Of a stretch of 64,000 nucleotides of DNA, positions 1 to 13,613 are shown piece by piece. The position numbers and the translations under genes are program-made. The notes below the pieces were generated by a model that worked only from the letters and a program-made list of their open reading frames with translations, ran no database searches and was not told the DNA's origin. This stretch comes from Podarcis filfolensis (lineage: Eukaryota). Where the stretch lies: NCBI GenBank assembly GCA_964270895.1, contig OZ185436.1. One strand, given 5' to 3'. Position 1 is the stretch's first letter. Each line of letters opens with the position of its first letter.

Positions 1-855
1 AAAAGCACTGGGTGCACTAGAGAGTTTCCTCAGGTAGGAGTTCTCCCACACATCCAGACCAAGCTGGACTGAGCTCCCCACATATAATCCAATGTATGAG
101 GGGTTCAGTCCTACTTAGCACTGAGTTTGGATGCACAACAGAGTTTCTTGCAAGGGGTGCCTTTGCCTATGGAAATTTCATTGAGGGGATGGTATGGCCA
201 GGAGGAAGAGTGGGGGGAGCCTGAGGATTTGGAGCTAAAGGAGTCTGTGAATGATCCCAGGAGGGTGGAATTGGGGTCTCAAGAAGTGTCTGATGCCAAG
301 GGAAGGCTAGGAGACCTGGAAGGGGAAGATTCAGACCCTGAGGAAGACCAAGCAGATTGTCAAAGGGCTACTTGTTCATCACACCTTATTTATCAGCCTG
401 TTTGTATTGATGGGGCTATGTAGAACAATGGAATATCTCACTATGAGGAGTAGCAGAGAAAGATCCTCTTGCAGGTGGATGCTCTTGCATCATAAATACA
501 TTTTTTGACTTAAAGAAAACTGAAATCTTGCTTTGGCTTCTGGTAAGAGCTGGACTAGATTCAGCTGTTTTGACGAGTCGGAAAGAGCTGTCCAACCTGG
601 TTTCACATACCAGGGAGGTGGAGCTGCTTTGTCCTGTTACACACAACCTATTCTTTCCATCATCATAGATATATGGGGTTGGGGTTGAAGACACAAGAAT
701 TGACCTGTATTACCTTGGTGAGGATTTTCAATAATGACTACTCAGCTTGTTGGGTTTTGCAAGTTGAGTTATACAATGTGTGAAAACATCTAGTGTAATG
801 TGAGATACTGTTCTTCTAAATGATATATTTCTGCTGGTGTTCTTCTGTTCTCCAG

Positions 856-930
856 GATAAAGATTGAGGAAGAATATGCCAAGAACTTGTCCAAACTATC
901 ACAAAACTCATTGGCTGCCCAGGAAGAAGG
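856..930 (+). CDS. GAS7: GAS7 coding exon (75 bp)
   Basis: ttctccag|G ATA AAG ATT ... GAA GAA GG|gtaagg; (R)IKIEEEYAKNLSKLSQNSLAAQEEG. Confidence 0.95.
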
Positions 931-3809
931 GTAAGGTCATAGTCTTAACATTGTGAGAGTGGATGAAATCCCATGTAGCTATAAAACCTGTGCCTTTACT
1001 TAAATAATTTCTCCGCTCTTTCTTGCTTTCTGTCTGGGATCGACATTGGACCCTGGGCCCACCCTGTCTGGTTTCTTACTTTGGAAATCAGCACAAGAAT
1101 GAAAGGTTGTAATTTGTACTCTGAGGGGGAAGAAAAGGATCAGTTGCTCACCTATCCATTGAAAAAACGAAAAGAAAAAAAGGGTATTGATACTTCAGTA
1201 ATGTGTTAAGTGTTTGGAAGTTAGAAGAGAAAGTAAGGATCCTAGAGAAATGTACCTCTTCTCTTTCCATGGAAGTTTCAATCCAGCACAGCTGTATAGC
1301 AGGCCAGCTGTCAAGTAGCAGTAAGCCATAGTTAATGGCTTATTGAGACAGAGCAGTGCACACCGCCTGATTACTCCTGCTTTGGGCCTCAACCAGTGGG
1401 AACAACCAGCCATGAATCATTGGCTTGTTGTTAGGTCCAAACTGGGATTGTGTTTTGTTTCTCTTTAATAAACCAGATCAGCAAGCCAACAACAAACAAT
1501 GGCTTTATGTCGAAGAGTAGTCATGGTTTGTTAGAGTGAAACAAACCACATCTCAGGTTCAGGCTTCATGGCTTGTTTCTCCCACTAGGGGACAAGCTGG
1601 AGTGGAAGCGACTGGGCAATGTGCTCTAGCACACTGTTCAGTCCAAATGAGCCTTTAACCGTGACTTACTGTTATTTGCAAATGAGGTCAATGAGCATAT
1701 ATAATGCAGCCTTTTGATACGTTTCATTTTCTTGCGATGGGGATTTGACCACATGTTTTAAGTCCTTTCCAACTCAGAAATGTGATTCGCATTTTATTTT
1801 AAGTCTTTGCAGTTCCATCTATTCTAGATTCTCCGTGGCATCTGATGAGGTAGACTCTAGTCTACAAAAATATATCCCAAAATAAATGTTAGTCTTTAAA
1901 TAAATTTGTTCATCTAAGGAGTCTCTACAGACCCTTTGATGTTTCTTGCCACAGAGTATAATTGAATCGCAAACATCTGATAACTTAGTTTGCTCCCTTA
2001 ACAAATTCCTTGTTCCTTTTAATGTTTGTGTCCTGCTGGAGGAGAGTATATTGATTGCAGGAATTCACAGTTTATTCATTTTCTACTCTGGAGGACAAGA
2101 GGAATTTTAATGGGGCATGCCTGCATACCAAATACTGAATTGGGTTTCTGCTTGGATGCATTCAATTCCTGGTTCCAAAAGAGATGTAGGCAAAATAATT
2201 CCTGCCTTGTACAAATACTTTGGATTTCAGCATGTCCGTCTATAGTATTAAGATGGCTTTCAGACACTAGCAAACTGTCCAGTATCATTTACTTACCCTG
2301 TACATTTCTTCTGTTTCAGTGGCTATGGAACTTATTTAATTTTTGTGATATTGGGGGGGGGGGACATGTAGCAAGGCAGATTAACTTTCTTTGTCACCTG
2401 GCATTCATTACATTTATATCCTGTCTTTTTCAATGATGAAACTCATGTAAACTTCCAGCTCATTGCCTAAACTGATAGCCATTATGTTATTATTCTCTCC
2501 ACTAGACTAATTCTCACAAGTTATTGGACACTTTGCTTGGAGGAGCTACTAAGAGTTTGGAAGACATGTTTGAAAAGGCTATTAAAAGAAATCACATTGT
2601 TTATTTTCTGTCACCTGAGAAAATTAATTCAATTCTCTGTGTTGTCATGGGCTCATTTCAATTGTTTGACATTTTGAGGCTTAAGAAACAAACAAACAAC
2701 TCATCCAAACAGCTCCTCATTAGGTAAAACCTTCCTAAATGTAATTGGAGTCTGATGGGAGACACTCTGGATCTAATCAACATTTTATGGCTACTCTACA
2801 TATTATGCTTCAATTTATGGTTAAGCTATCCCTTTTGGTATTTAAAAAGTATCAAATTACACACTCGAATCAGTAGCTGAAGAAGTCATTAGTTACCTCT
2901 GCTGAATTATTATAACTACAAGTAAGAGCACAGGTAGAAAAGTTGCTAGTTTGTCTCAAATGAATGGTAATTATGAGCCTAAACAGCACTAAGGGATTGT
3001 GAGCGTAATTTATTCCAGGGGGTGGATGGGGGAAATGGGATGAGATTTTGCTGAAAATAATTATGCTCATCTTCCTTCCCCCGAATGTGAATCTGAACAT
3101 GAGTCTAGAGAGAAAAATTATGTAAGATAATTTACATTTTTTGTCTTTTGAGTTCAGCACTCTGAAATGCAACTGTTCCCATTATGTGTAGTATTTGGAA
3201 TGCTACTGCTAACAGAAACGTACGTTTGTAATGATGAGAATTGGATGCTAATGAATGAGTAAATTTCTTACCCGTAACATATGTTTCAGGACGCTTGGAG
3301 AGTCTTGGTCTCAGCTGAAGAAAAGCCTGGCTGATGAAGCAGAGGTTCACCTCAAGTTTTCCTCCAAGGTAATCACTTCATAAGGAATCTTCTGTGTGGG
3401 GTTGAGACCAGCAGAACATGTTTTCTGAAAACTGGGGTGCAGTTTTACATAAAAGCTGCATTTGCGGGATTTTCATGGGTAAACTGGATAAGATGTCTGG
3501 AGAACAGAAGGATCCCAGTGAGTTGCTTTTTCCCAAAATCAGAAGCTATTTAAGCAAATGACTGTTGTGGCCCTCTAATGCTGGATGATAGGAAGCTGCC
3601 TTTCATCAGGCCAGACTGTTGTTTACTCTGGCTGGCAGTGGTCTCTTACATAATCTGTTCTGCAATCCTTTTTTTAAGTGGGGATGCCTAGGTTTGAACT
3701 TTGGACCTTCTGCACTCAAAGCATGTCCTCTGCCATTGATCTGTGGTCCCTTCATTGATTCCTAAGAAAGCACCATATGCAAACTTTAGGCATGAACCAG
3801 CCAAAATTA

Positions 3810-3855
<46 letters not shown>

Positions 3856-6800
3856 TATTTTCCATTTTCAAAAGTTTACAAATACACATCTTACTGTCTT
3901 GTACTTGCAATACAAATACATGTCAGACTTCCCTCCCCCCATTTTGTGGTTTCTTATTTAAATTTTTAACACTGCATTTTCCACTTTACTCCATTTTTGA
4001 ATTGTTCAACAATTAATCTTAATTATACTTTTAACTGCTTAAGTTAACCCTACCAATGCACTTAGTTGCATACCATGATTTTTCAAATATTCCACAAATA
4101 TTCCCCACTCCTTAATAATAATAAAAAATTCTCTTGGTTTCTTAGCACACCCGTTAATTTTGCCATTTCGGCGTAATCCATCAGTATAGTCAGCCACTCT
4201 TCCATAGTTGGAACAGCATCCTCTTTCCATATCTGGGCAAATACCATTCTTGAACCAGCCAAAGTTGATCTTTTTCAAGTCCTATGAGTCAAGTCCATGG
4301 GAGAGATTAAAGCATTAAAATAGTGAAATCTGAAAGCTTTTATCATTGAATTGCACTTCCGATTAAAAATAATAAACAGCCTTATTCAAAGGTTAGCAGC
4401 TTAGAAATAAGCAGAAAAATAGGTTAGCACATTGTGGAATTATCACTTAATTGGGTGCATATCCTCTGATAGAGACAAGTTCTGCAGATAACTTTTTTCC
4501 ATTTTCATCTGATAAATTTGCCAGTTTCCTTGGAATCACAGTGCTCAAGGCTGCAAGCTCAGTTAATGTGGGTGGAGTTTGGTGTATGAGTTGTGTGATT
4601 ACTGCATAATATGTGTGCTGGGGGCAGTATTCAGTCTGAAAATCTGGGATGGGTAGAAATTAACTACCTTCAATGCTATCACAGCACTGCTTTAGAAAGA
4701 AAACTATTAGTTCAAGTGACCTTTTTTTCATCAGTCTGTGCCTGGAAGGAATCCACAGCAGTCCCAAGACTATTGATTCAGCTGAATAACTGCCCTTCTC
4801 ATGATTAAGTTGTTAAGAGATTAGACAGCAGACAAATTTTGCCTGCTTCATGGTTTCAATTGTTGCAGACATGTTGAAATATACACTGAGTCAGTGTTTG
4901 GCTGGTTATGTAGTACACATGCATCTAAGTCATGACTTGGGGTGGAAATGTCCTTCCCCTGATTGCCTTTTTCGTTCCTGCAGTTGGTTCAGACAGAATA
5001 GGTCTGCTTTGCAGACAGTACTGATGTCGTTGTGTTTGAGACGCAAACCAGATGTGACCGGGAAATCCATGGTCAGATCTCCAGCTCTTTTCTCTCTGTT
5101 AAATTGGGATGTGCAGCATTTTGACTGGCACACCGTTGCTGAGGGGAAAGGCTATTTAACACCTTATTTTTTGAACACCCACTCCCCACCCCCACCCCAC
5201 CTGCGCTTGCTAGTCCTGTTGGGGGAAATACAATACTGTTACAAGCATCTGTCTGTTTCTCTGAGGAGGGATAATAGCAGTTTCAAGGAGGAGATTTCAA
5301 TCAGGAATACAGAACTTGGAGACAGGGCTAAAAATACTTTCTCCCCCGGTGCTGTTACTATTCCAATTGATGTCTGAAGTATAGTGCTCCTGCCATCCTG
5401 GAATCACCAGATGCTGCGGATAAGAAAATATTTTTAATTGTAATTGGGGTTTTTTATAAATTGTTCCATTATGGATGTATTTGCCAGCATGGACTCCTTC
5501 AGAAGGATGGGTGGGATTTAACTTGAATGAATGAATAAACAAATAAATAAAAATAGAGTGTGTCACCCACACTACGCAAACTGGAAATTTCCTATGCCAT
5601 ACACCTTGAAAAAATTATGGCCAAAATAGAGGTGTATCAATTATCAGCCATTAGTCCTTCCTCAACCAAATTTCCCTTGCCCTTTGTTTCAGCTCCAGGC
5701 AGAGGTGGAGAAACCCCTTCTCAACTTCCGAGAAAACTTCAAGAAAGACATGAAGAAGTATGACCATCACATTGCTGATCTGAGGAAGCAGCTGGTTAGC
5801 CGGTATGCATCCGTGGAAAAGGTAAGCCAAAGCAGTCAGATGAGTTCATTTGAGGGGGTCAGTGGGCTGCGTGAAGGTTAGGGATAACTTGGCAATGCCA
5901 CCTTCAGAAACAGATGACGATAGCTTATGTTTCTTCCCCGGCCAAATCTATTTTGGTTTGAAGAAACAAGTGCATGTAGTTCATGCTTCAACTTTTTAGC
6001 ATGCCCTATAGTAAGCCAAAGTAGATGACTTCTCAGACGAACATAGTGTAGATATTAATATTATTAAATGTTGTTTGCTCCAGCGTTCCTAATAATTTAA
6101 TAGTTGCCACATCTGAAGAACTACTCTGAAGAGCACCTTTAATCTTTTCTGTGGTGCTAAAACTATCACACAGAAGAGGAAGAATCTCTGTGTCTCATGG
6201 TTCATGTTCCAGGTTCACGGCCTCCAACAAGGACATATGTTCCATATTGCAGTGATTAATTCTGAAAGGGGGGGAGGGATATGAAAAAGAGGAGGCAAAT
6301 GGGTATTATTTTTCTGCTGAGGAGGATTTCATGGTCTTTTCTTTTTGTTTCAAGGCCCGAAAAGCATTATCGGAGAGGCAAAAGGATTTAGAGATGAAAA
6401 CACAGCAGTTGGAGATAAAACTCAGCAACAAGACAGAAGAGGAAATTAAGAAGGCTAGGCGGAAGTCCACCCAAGCTGGTGAGTGAGGATAACGTGTGTT
6501 AAGAAGACAGGGAACAGTGGTGTAAAAAGAAAGTTAGGTGGAACAAAGTCCCTGCTGTTTTAGCTTAGGAGAAAACTTAAGTTTGGGAAGCACTATTTTG
6601 TGAGAGGATAAAGAGAGCACAAATGCTGACTGCCTCACTCCACTTCCCCAATGTGATGCCCTCCAGATGTTGTTGGACTACAACTTCCATCGGTCCTAGC
6701 CAGCATGGCTAATAGCCAAGGATGATAACAGTTGTGCTCCAACAGCATCTGATGGACACCAGGTTGAGGAAGGCTGACTAACTCCCTGAATGTTAAGACA

Positions 6801-9441
6801 TTTGGTGTTGATCAGGGCTGAATTCATAACAGTTGCTTCCTTCTGGTTAGATTGCAAATATTTACTACAGACATCCCAAGGTTTAGGTGCTATTGATAAG
6901 TTCCAGGATTTAGCTTCTTTCCCCCCACAGAGGACCACTGTTACTTACATCTGAAAGACAAGAGGAGGAAATGTATGTAGAGCAATTAAGGAAAAGTGAC
7001 CAATTATGGAGGTCTTTGTAATGCTGGAAGAGTCAGACAAGAGTTTAGTATATCAAATTGTCAACACTCCTTGAAGCTGGTTAGTTCAGTGATGTGACTT
7101 TCTGTGATTAAATTTGTCCATTTCCTCTCTGTTTCCTTGTATTTATGTTAAATATGTGACTAGCAGAAAGTAGCGCTGGAGGTGCTCTCTACATTCAACA
7201 CTTCGTGATTCCATGTAAATTGCATTTTATAAAAAACATACTCTCTGATTTGTACACTAGATGGCAGGAGAGATATTCACTACTACTTGACTCAAAAACC
7301 TTGCTTTAAAAAATCATATGATTTAAAAACAGCATTAGCCTGGGTCTGCTCCTGCATTTGTTCTGCTTGAAAACAATATTCGAGGTTTCAGGTAGTAGCA
7401 GCATTAGAATGATCCATGCTGAAACTGATAAGAGGAGCAGCTTTTCCTGCTGCTTACCAGCATGCTGCAACGTGAGGGTAGCAGTGAGGGTTAGGCTGGG
7501 GCGCTTGATTGGCTCTACTCATATGACATCACTGCTGCCCTGCTGCACCTCTGCACCATTCTGGTACATGGAAGCAATTCTGCTGTGAGGAGATCAGGTA
7601 TATGGTTCCTCTTCTCCCCCCCGGACAGCTACTCCTGGCCAGTAAATAGAGTTTAACAAAGGGAAGCCATAAAACAAGCATGGATTGCCCATTTGACATA
7701 GCAAATAAATATCCAAGGCTTGGGACAAAAACTCCATTTTGTTTCCTCACTGAACTGTAATTTTGTTTCTCAGTCCAATTGAAATTGAAATTTCAAAAAG
7801 TGGGAAACAATATTTTTCCCTTTGTTCCATGACACAGTTTCTGAATATTTTCATGACTCTTGGCCTCTGTGGCCAGGGAGACTTGGGGAGATTTCCTTGA
7901 AGGGAGAGGAGGACATACCTGGGAGGTAGGAAATCACTGGACTGGTTTCTTTCTCAGTGTTTGTCTTACAAAAATGCTCCATTGTGAGGCATGCTGTCCA
8001 GCTGGATGAGCCCGTGGTTTGTGTTTGACAACTATGCTTCACTCCTATTAATAAGGATGGAGAGATCACCACTCACTTCTCTCCTAATGAGTTTGATTTA
8101 ACTACACTACATTCTCTTTGGTCTTAACACCTTGCATGTAGAAACTTGTAGATAACTGCACTTTCACTTCTAAGTAACCTTTAGGGCGAGTGAGTGGGCT
8201 TGCAAAAAAAAAAAGTTACTCACTGTTCTTTGCTTTGCTTTGTGTGTTGCAGGAGATGACCTCATGCGCTGTGTGGATCTGTATAATCAAGCCCAGTCAA
8301 AGTGGTTTGAAGAAATGGTGACCACCTCTCTGGTATGTCATGTAGGGTCTCTCCATGTTATGCTTGCAAAACTTCAGTGATAAGTGCCCATCTGGTAAAC
8401 GTTATCAAAAGTTCAGCCCATGCCTGATCTTGCCACAACATTCTCAGGTCCAACTCTGGGCGGCTTCCAGCATATATAAAAACATAGCAAAACATTAAAC
8501 CTTAAAAAGCTATCTTGGCAAATTCAGCATACATTGTGTATGCAACAGTTTTTCTGGTCTGTGCACTGTTACAGTGGCCCCTGCATTCTGAGAGGGCTCA
8601 TTACAGAGACTATCGATTGGGTATTCATAGTAGGAGCTGTGGTAGCAGGTAAAGCCCTCATCTGCTTCAGCTCTTGTTTGATCCATGCTCTCATTTTGGA
8701 TGGATTCTTTAGAGAACAATAGTGAAGTTCTTAGTCACTAAGAAATTCTAGGTGGTTCACATAAAGCAATCTCACCTTTAATTTGATGTTCAAGTATACT
8801 GCCTTATCCCCCATCTTTTAATGAAAATCTTTTATTGTTTCCTTTCAGGAGCTTGAGAGGCTAGAGGTGGAGAGAGTGGAGATGATTCGGCAGCACCTTT
8901 GTCAATATACGCAGTTGCGGCACGAGACAGATATGTTCAACCAAAGCGTGAGTCTGCTTGGCTTTTTCTCCTTTCTGAAGCAGTATTTCAGCAGGCCCTT
9001 GTAAACCCAAGGCCTTAGAGTTGCACTGAGCCCGCCAAACTCTTGCCCTCCAGTGTAGACAATGGCATAAGTACCACAGCTGACTTGAAAAAACAAACGA
9101 TCTGTTAAAACGCATTGGCCTCCTTGATGTAATATCTGTGGTCTGCTCTTCTTTCAAAATGGTACCCTTGGAATAGCTCAAGGAAATGTTTTCTGAGCAC
9201 GGTGAGGAAACAAATCTGAAGAACTGGGAGAAGGAGGTGGGGAAGTGGTTCAGTTTTGCTAGGGGGTCTCATGAAGCATTCCCTTATGCTCTTATGGTAA
9301 CACTGCTGTTGTTTCTGTGTCTTTTAGACAGTAGAACCCGTGGATCAGTTGCTTCAGAAAGTGGATCCAGCCAAAGACAGGGAACTGTGGGTAAAAGAAC
9401 ACAAAACCGGTAATATCAGACCCGTGGATATGGAGATATAG
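856..9441 (+). CDS. GAS7: GAS7 (growth arrest-specific 7, F-BAR protein), 3' part; 5' exons lie outside the window. join(856..930,3290..3368,5693..5821,6355..6478,8253..8332,8849..8947,9328..9441)
   Basis: Seven AG/GT-bounded exons with compatible phases translate to IKIEEEYAKNLSKLSQNSLAAQEEG-TLGESWSQLKKSLADEAEVHLKFSSK-LQAEVEKPLLNFRENFKKDMKK...-ARKALSERQKDLEMKTQQLEIKLSNK...-...HKTGNIRPVDMEI*, the recognisable GAS7 C-terminal half. Confidence 0.97.
3290..3368 (+). CDS. GAS7: GAS7 coding exon (79 bp)
   Basis: tttcag|G ACG CTT ... TCC AAG|gtaatc; TLGESWSQLKKSLADEAEVHLKFSSK. Confidence 0.95.
3812..3855. repeat. (TTA)n microsatellite
   Basis: Perfect trinucleotide run; gives the poly-L and poly-Y spurious ORFs. 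Confidence 0.95.
5693..5821 (+). CDS. GAS7: GAS7 coding exon (129 bp)
   Basis: tttcag|CTC CAG GCA ... GAA AAG|gtaagc; LQAEVEKPLLNFRENFKKDMKKYDHHIADLRKQLVSRYASVEK (inside ORF 5684..5881). Confidence 0.96.
6355..6478 (+). CDS. GAS7: GAS7 coding exon (124 bp)
   Basis: tttcaag|GCC CGA ... CAA GCT G|gtgagt; ARKALSERQKDLEMKTQQLEIKLSNKTEEEIKKARRKSTQA. Confidence 0.96.
8253..8332 (+). CDS. GAS7: GAS7 coding exon (80 bp)
   Basis: ttgcag|GA GAT GAC ... TCT CTG|gtatgt; (G)DDLMRCVDLYNQAQSKWFEEMVTTSL. Confidence 0.96.
8849..8947 (+). CDS. GAS7: GAS7 coding exon (99 bp)
   Basis: tttcag|GAG CTT ... CAA AGC|gtgagt; ELERLEVERVEMIRQHLCQYTQLRHETDMFNQS. Confidence 0.96.
9328..9441 (+). CDS. GAS7: GAS7 last coding exon (114 bp including TAG)
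   Basis: ttttag|ACA GTA GAA ... GAG ATA TAG; TVEPVDQLLQKVDPAKDRELWVKEHKTGNIRPVDMEI*. Confidence 0.96.
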   Translation, partial: TVEPVDQLLQKVDPAKDRELWVKEHKTGNIRPVDMEI

Positions 9442-9959
9442 ACTGCTCTTACTGGTTGTAAGTGGTGGGCTCCTTGTCCCAGCCATGTTCGAGAGAGTTC
9501 TGTAAAGCCTCAGGAGTAGGGAAAAGAGAGACGTTCTGCTGTCAGCTTCCTTATATATTTATTATTGCCTGTAGGGACTATTTCTGTCATGTTTGATCAT
9601 TATTTCATTTCCTGTTGTGCTTTGCCTTAAACATCGAACATTCCAGGTTTGAGAAGCCACGCTTTATACTTCCTTTCAAAAATGGGCTGTCAGCAGCCAA
9701 GCAGTTGCCGCACCCGTGATAAGCTGCAGGGGTTGTTTTCTGGTACAAAGAGAGTTTTGCTATTCAATTGTGATTGACTATCTCATGCTACTCCCCTTGC
9801 ATGATGCTCTGTTTGTACAGCAATGCTAAGACACAATATGCCTCTGCCAAACAAACGAGACTGGTGAATTTGAACACGACTCTGGAAGGAGTGAGATCTT
9901 CCTGAATATTGCCACTTAATTGTATGGAAAGGAGGGGGGGTTTGAGGAAAACGCTCCTG

Positions 9960-10030
9960 TCCTCCCTTTACAATTTATGAAATGGCATTCATAAAGCTAA
10001 CCTACCTCACAGGGGTGTTGTGAGGATAAC
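9960..10030 (+). mobile_element. Degenerate MIR/CORE-type SINE fragment
   Basis: ...acaatttatgaaatggcattcataaagctaacctacctcacaggggtgttgtgaggataa resembles the CORE-SINE motif cctacctcacagggttgttgtgaggat. Confidence 0.5.
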
Positions 10031-10113
10031 AGTAAAGCCTGTACAATATGTATTTTTTAACAAATCCTGACTCCCATGACTGCAGACTGCTTTTGTTAGG
10101 CCATCTGTGAAAT

Positions 10114-10417
10114 TGTGTCTTTTTCAGTACAAAAGAAAATGAGGTAATAGGTCTGGTGACCTTATGAAAAGGTTGGTCCTTCTTTATATACCCTCTCAGG
10201 TACTCACTGACTGTAGTCCACAAGCCACTTACTCTGAATGGGTGGGATTCATCTAATAAACCCTATCAGTGGAAGCAGGAGGGCTTCTGTTTTACAGCAG
10301 GGCTTTCCCCCCTTCTCTTCCTCCTGCACCCCCCAAAATTTGGTTCTTGGGAGGCAGGAGGGCCCCCCAGAACAACATGGTGGGAGGGGGGATTGTTCCA
10401 TCTGGCAAGCTGATATG
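10114..10417 (+). repeat. Local direct duplication, copy 1 (~300 bp)
   Basis: Matches 13614..13910; 10125-10276 vs 13623-13774 has 6 mismatches in 152 nt and no gaps (counted by eye). Confidence 0.95.
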
Positions 10418-13400
10418 CTTGTGTAGGCAGAACATTTGTAACAGCGTGACAATGAATCCCACCCATGGTCTCCTTGACTTTGCCAGGGACAATTCCTGAG
10501 GAAATGTTCTGAGAATTGCACACATTTATCAGCACTCTCCAGAAGAAAATAATGTCCTCCATTGAATAGATAATAAGGCTACAGTGATTAGGACCCTGAT
10601 GCTGTAGTCTTCAAAGAAGTTTTTGAATGCTTCCCTTGAAAGATTGTAGCCAAATCAAATTAATTAAGGCATTGCTTGAGCTTTACTTTCCACCAAATAA
10701 CTTACGAGTTTACAGACTATATAGATGGCAGAACTTCCTAGCTAATGTGTCTTACCTCAAACATGAGTTACCCAAAAGGTGATTTATCCAATTGCCACAG
10801 CAACATTCAAGTGGGACCTGCTCTTTGGGGAGGATTTAACAGGCCTTTGGCTCCTGAACTCCTCCATCATGGCAGCCATTTTAAAACAAGGAATTCAGTC
10901 TGTGTTAAATCTTTTCAGAAGACCGAGTTCCATGTAGCTCCCAACATGCTGTGATAGCCAAAAATCAACACAAGTAAATTAGAAACGATTGTATAAATCC
11001 AGCCAAATATGCATTCTGAAGCTAATATTCTGAAGTGCAGCTCTTTTCGTGAATGACGATGACCCAATTGATCCTGAGGTCCCAAATGTTGAGAACTGTT
11101 GGAGAAGAACCACGGTGTTCTTTGTCCCTCTTTTTTCTTCATTTGTCTTGCCTTGTCTTGCCTTGGTATTTATACAGAACAAATATTTCCCCTCTGAGTT
11201 TATCAGATCTCTCTTCGTTCCTCATACTGCCAAGTGTTTTGTTTGATCAGCTGTCATAAGCAAATGTGAGGAGCAGATAGCCCTTTATGTCCTTCCTGAG
11301 TATTCCAATATTCTTTTTACTGGAATGCCTAAGTCTGTACTATGACTAGATTTCTCATAATCGCTGAATAAATGTTTTTATTTTTTGAATGATGATAGGT
11401 GTTGCAGATAAGTGGAGTTCCATGAGCTCACTTTGGCCTGGGTGGGTTGAGGTGTAGGTGGGAGAGGAGACATTTGTTTTGTTTGGTGCTGTCAAGCAAA
11501 CTATCCCAGTAAGTTATAACACAACTTCAGCTAATTTGATCATTCTTGCGTACTCTTCCCTTGCTTTACTTCCAGTGAAATATCATTTTTTCCCCTCTTT
11601 CTGTGTAACATCAGGTTTCTAATAGGAAACACATTTCATCTTTCCCCCCCAAGAAACTGACCATCAAGGTTGCAAAAAGAACGATTTATCCTGTTGGTAT
11701 GTGTGGGGAAATTGAGACTTGGACACATCCCAGCATTAAAAAGATTTCCAAGGCATCCGTTCAATTCTTCTTCCTGTTTTGAAAACCAGAGTCATATTTC
11801 CATATTCTGTGCATCCTGCAACCAGCTTGCCATTGTCTGGAGCATCCCTCACTTGCCTTTTCCTGGCCTTCTCACTTGTCACTGTTTAGCAGTCTGCTCC
11901 CTGCATGATATAGACCTTGTCCTCTCATTTTCCTTCACGTGCGTTCTCAGGTATCAGCCAACATAAGTGAAACTGCCCACACAAATTGTGAAAAATAACA
12001 GACCATCTCTCAAAATATATTTTAAGCCATTGCTCCATAAATACTCAACAGCACCTGACAGATTTTGTTCTCGTGTGTCTGCTGCTTTGCACCAAATAAG
12101 AATTGTCTCATTTTTCTATGTTCTGTAGTGACCTACCCATTTATCCTCCCTCTCCATGTTTCTGGTGTCTTTCTCCTTTTTTCTTCAGAGTCTGGAGGTA
12201 TCACACTGCACTCTGCTCTACCAATTTTACTTTGAGGAGCCGCCTCATTTAAAGCAAGCTCTCCCAGACATTGCTAAAGATTATATACTGATTTAGAAGT
12301 CTCTTTTTATAATGTGGCAGATCTATAAGGTAATTGGTAATGTGCTTGTGCTAGGTTTGTTTGTCTATTTTGCTATCTTTATATACTAGATACCTTTTTC
12401 TTCAGGGCTGATACAGCCTGTTCGCACTTTAAAATTTCTGTCTTGCACCAAGTGGCACCCATTGAGTTCTAAGATTTGAGTGGCCGGTTCCATTAGGTTC
12501 AAGCCATTAGTACTACCCTCTAACATCCTCATTTCTCCTTCCTTGTTCTCCTTAAAGCTCTCTTTTGCCATGTAATGTAGATATAGGTGGCTTCAAACAG
12601 AGGAAGGGGCAAGCAGAGTGGGAGAAGGGGTTGTTGAGCCCTTTCCTTGCCCCTGATTTGCAAATCCTGAATAGACAGTTGGCAAGGAACAGATTGAATG
12701 GCCTCTTTCTTTGCTCTTCTGGTTCTTTGCATAACCTGATGCAATGGATGGTTGCTTTTCATGACTTAAGAAAGCCTTTCGGGGGAAACAATCACAGCAT
12801 TACGCCCAACCATTTCACCATAACCGGACAGCCATTTTATGTGTAACATGTTTCTACTCAGGCTTGTCCTCAGAAACTTTCTTTGCTGTACTGCTTTATG
12901 ATTTGTGCTTCGTTCTCATCTAAACTTATGGGCTCAAAACTTAAAAGGAGAGAGCTGTTCAAATGATAATGCTCTTTTAAAAGGAGACCAACAAAAAAAG
13001 TTCAGCATGCCAATTTTGTGATGTTCTTTCTCTTTAATTGAAGTTCAAAACCTCATTGCCTCTGTTGAACTCCTGTGCCATCTCAGTGTTCTCACTGGAT
13101 GTCCTTGCTTTCCGGGTGCTATTGATCACATTCCTACTATTTATATATTTTAAAAAATGACATTTGTTATATGACTTGCAGTCATGAGATGGTTCGCAAG
13201 TGTCATTCACGCTTCAGGTTCTTCTTTTATATCAGTTCATATTTAACTTGAATTTTCATTAGATTAGCCATTCATGGACAGCCAATTTTTGTTGCATCTG
13301 TTTTCTAGCTGCTTAATCTCAATGTCATTTTAACACACAGTGCTCATGGCTTATACACTTGCCAACACTCAACAATATGAAATAAGTCCTAACTGATTTG

Positions 13401-13613
13401 TTCAGTTTTCCAGTTTCACATAGGAGAGTTTTATTGCTCTATGGGGATGTCTTTCTAACATCTCCAGTTTCTTTTCTGGAAAAGGTGTGTTCTAAGAGAT
13501 AATCAGCTTAAAATAAAATAAACACTCCTAAGCACAGTTTGGGGACTTAACAAATCTGCAAGCCATCGGGCAGTTACTATAACAGGAACTCTGAGCATAT
13601 CCAGATGCAAATC

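Noticed and set aside
127-423. 98-aa acidic ORF (EEEWGEPEDLELKES...EDSDPEEDQ) in a GAS7 intron
   Set aside because: Starts at a non-ATG codon, has no splice context and no domain I recognise. GA-rich composition explains the acidic bias. It may be an LTR remnant, but I cannot support that.
4850-5377. Longest non-genic ORF (175 aa, + strand)
   Set aside because: Intronic in GAS7, no recognisable motif or homology, ordinary composition; a chance ORF.
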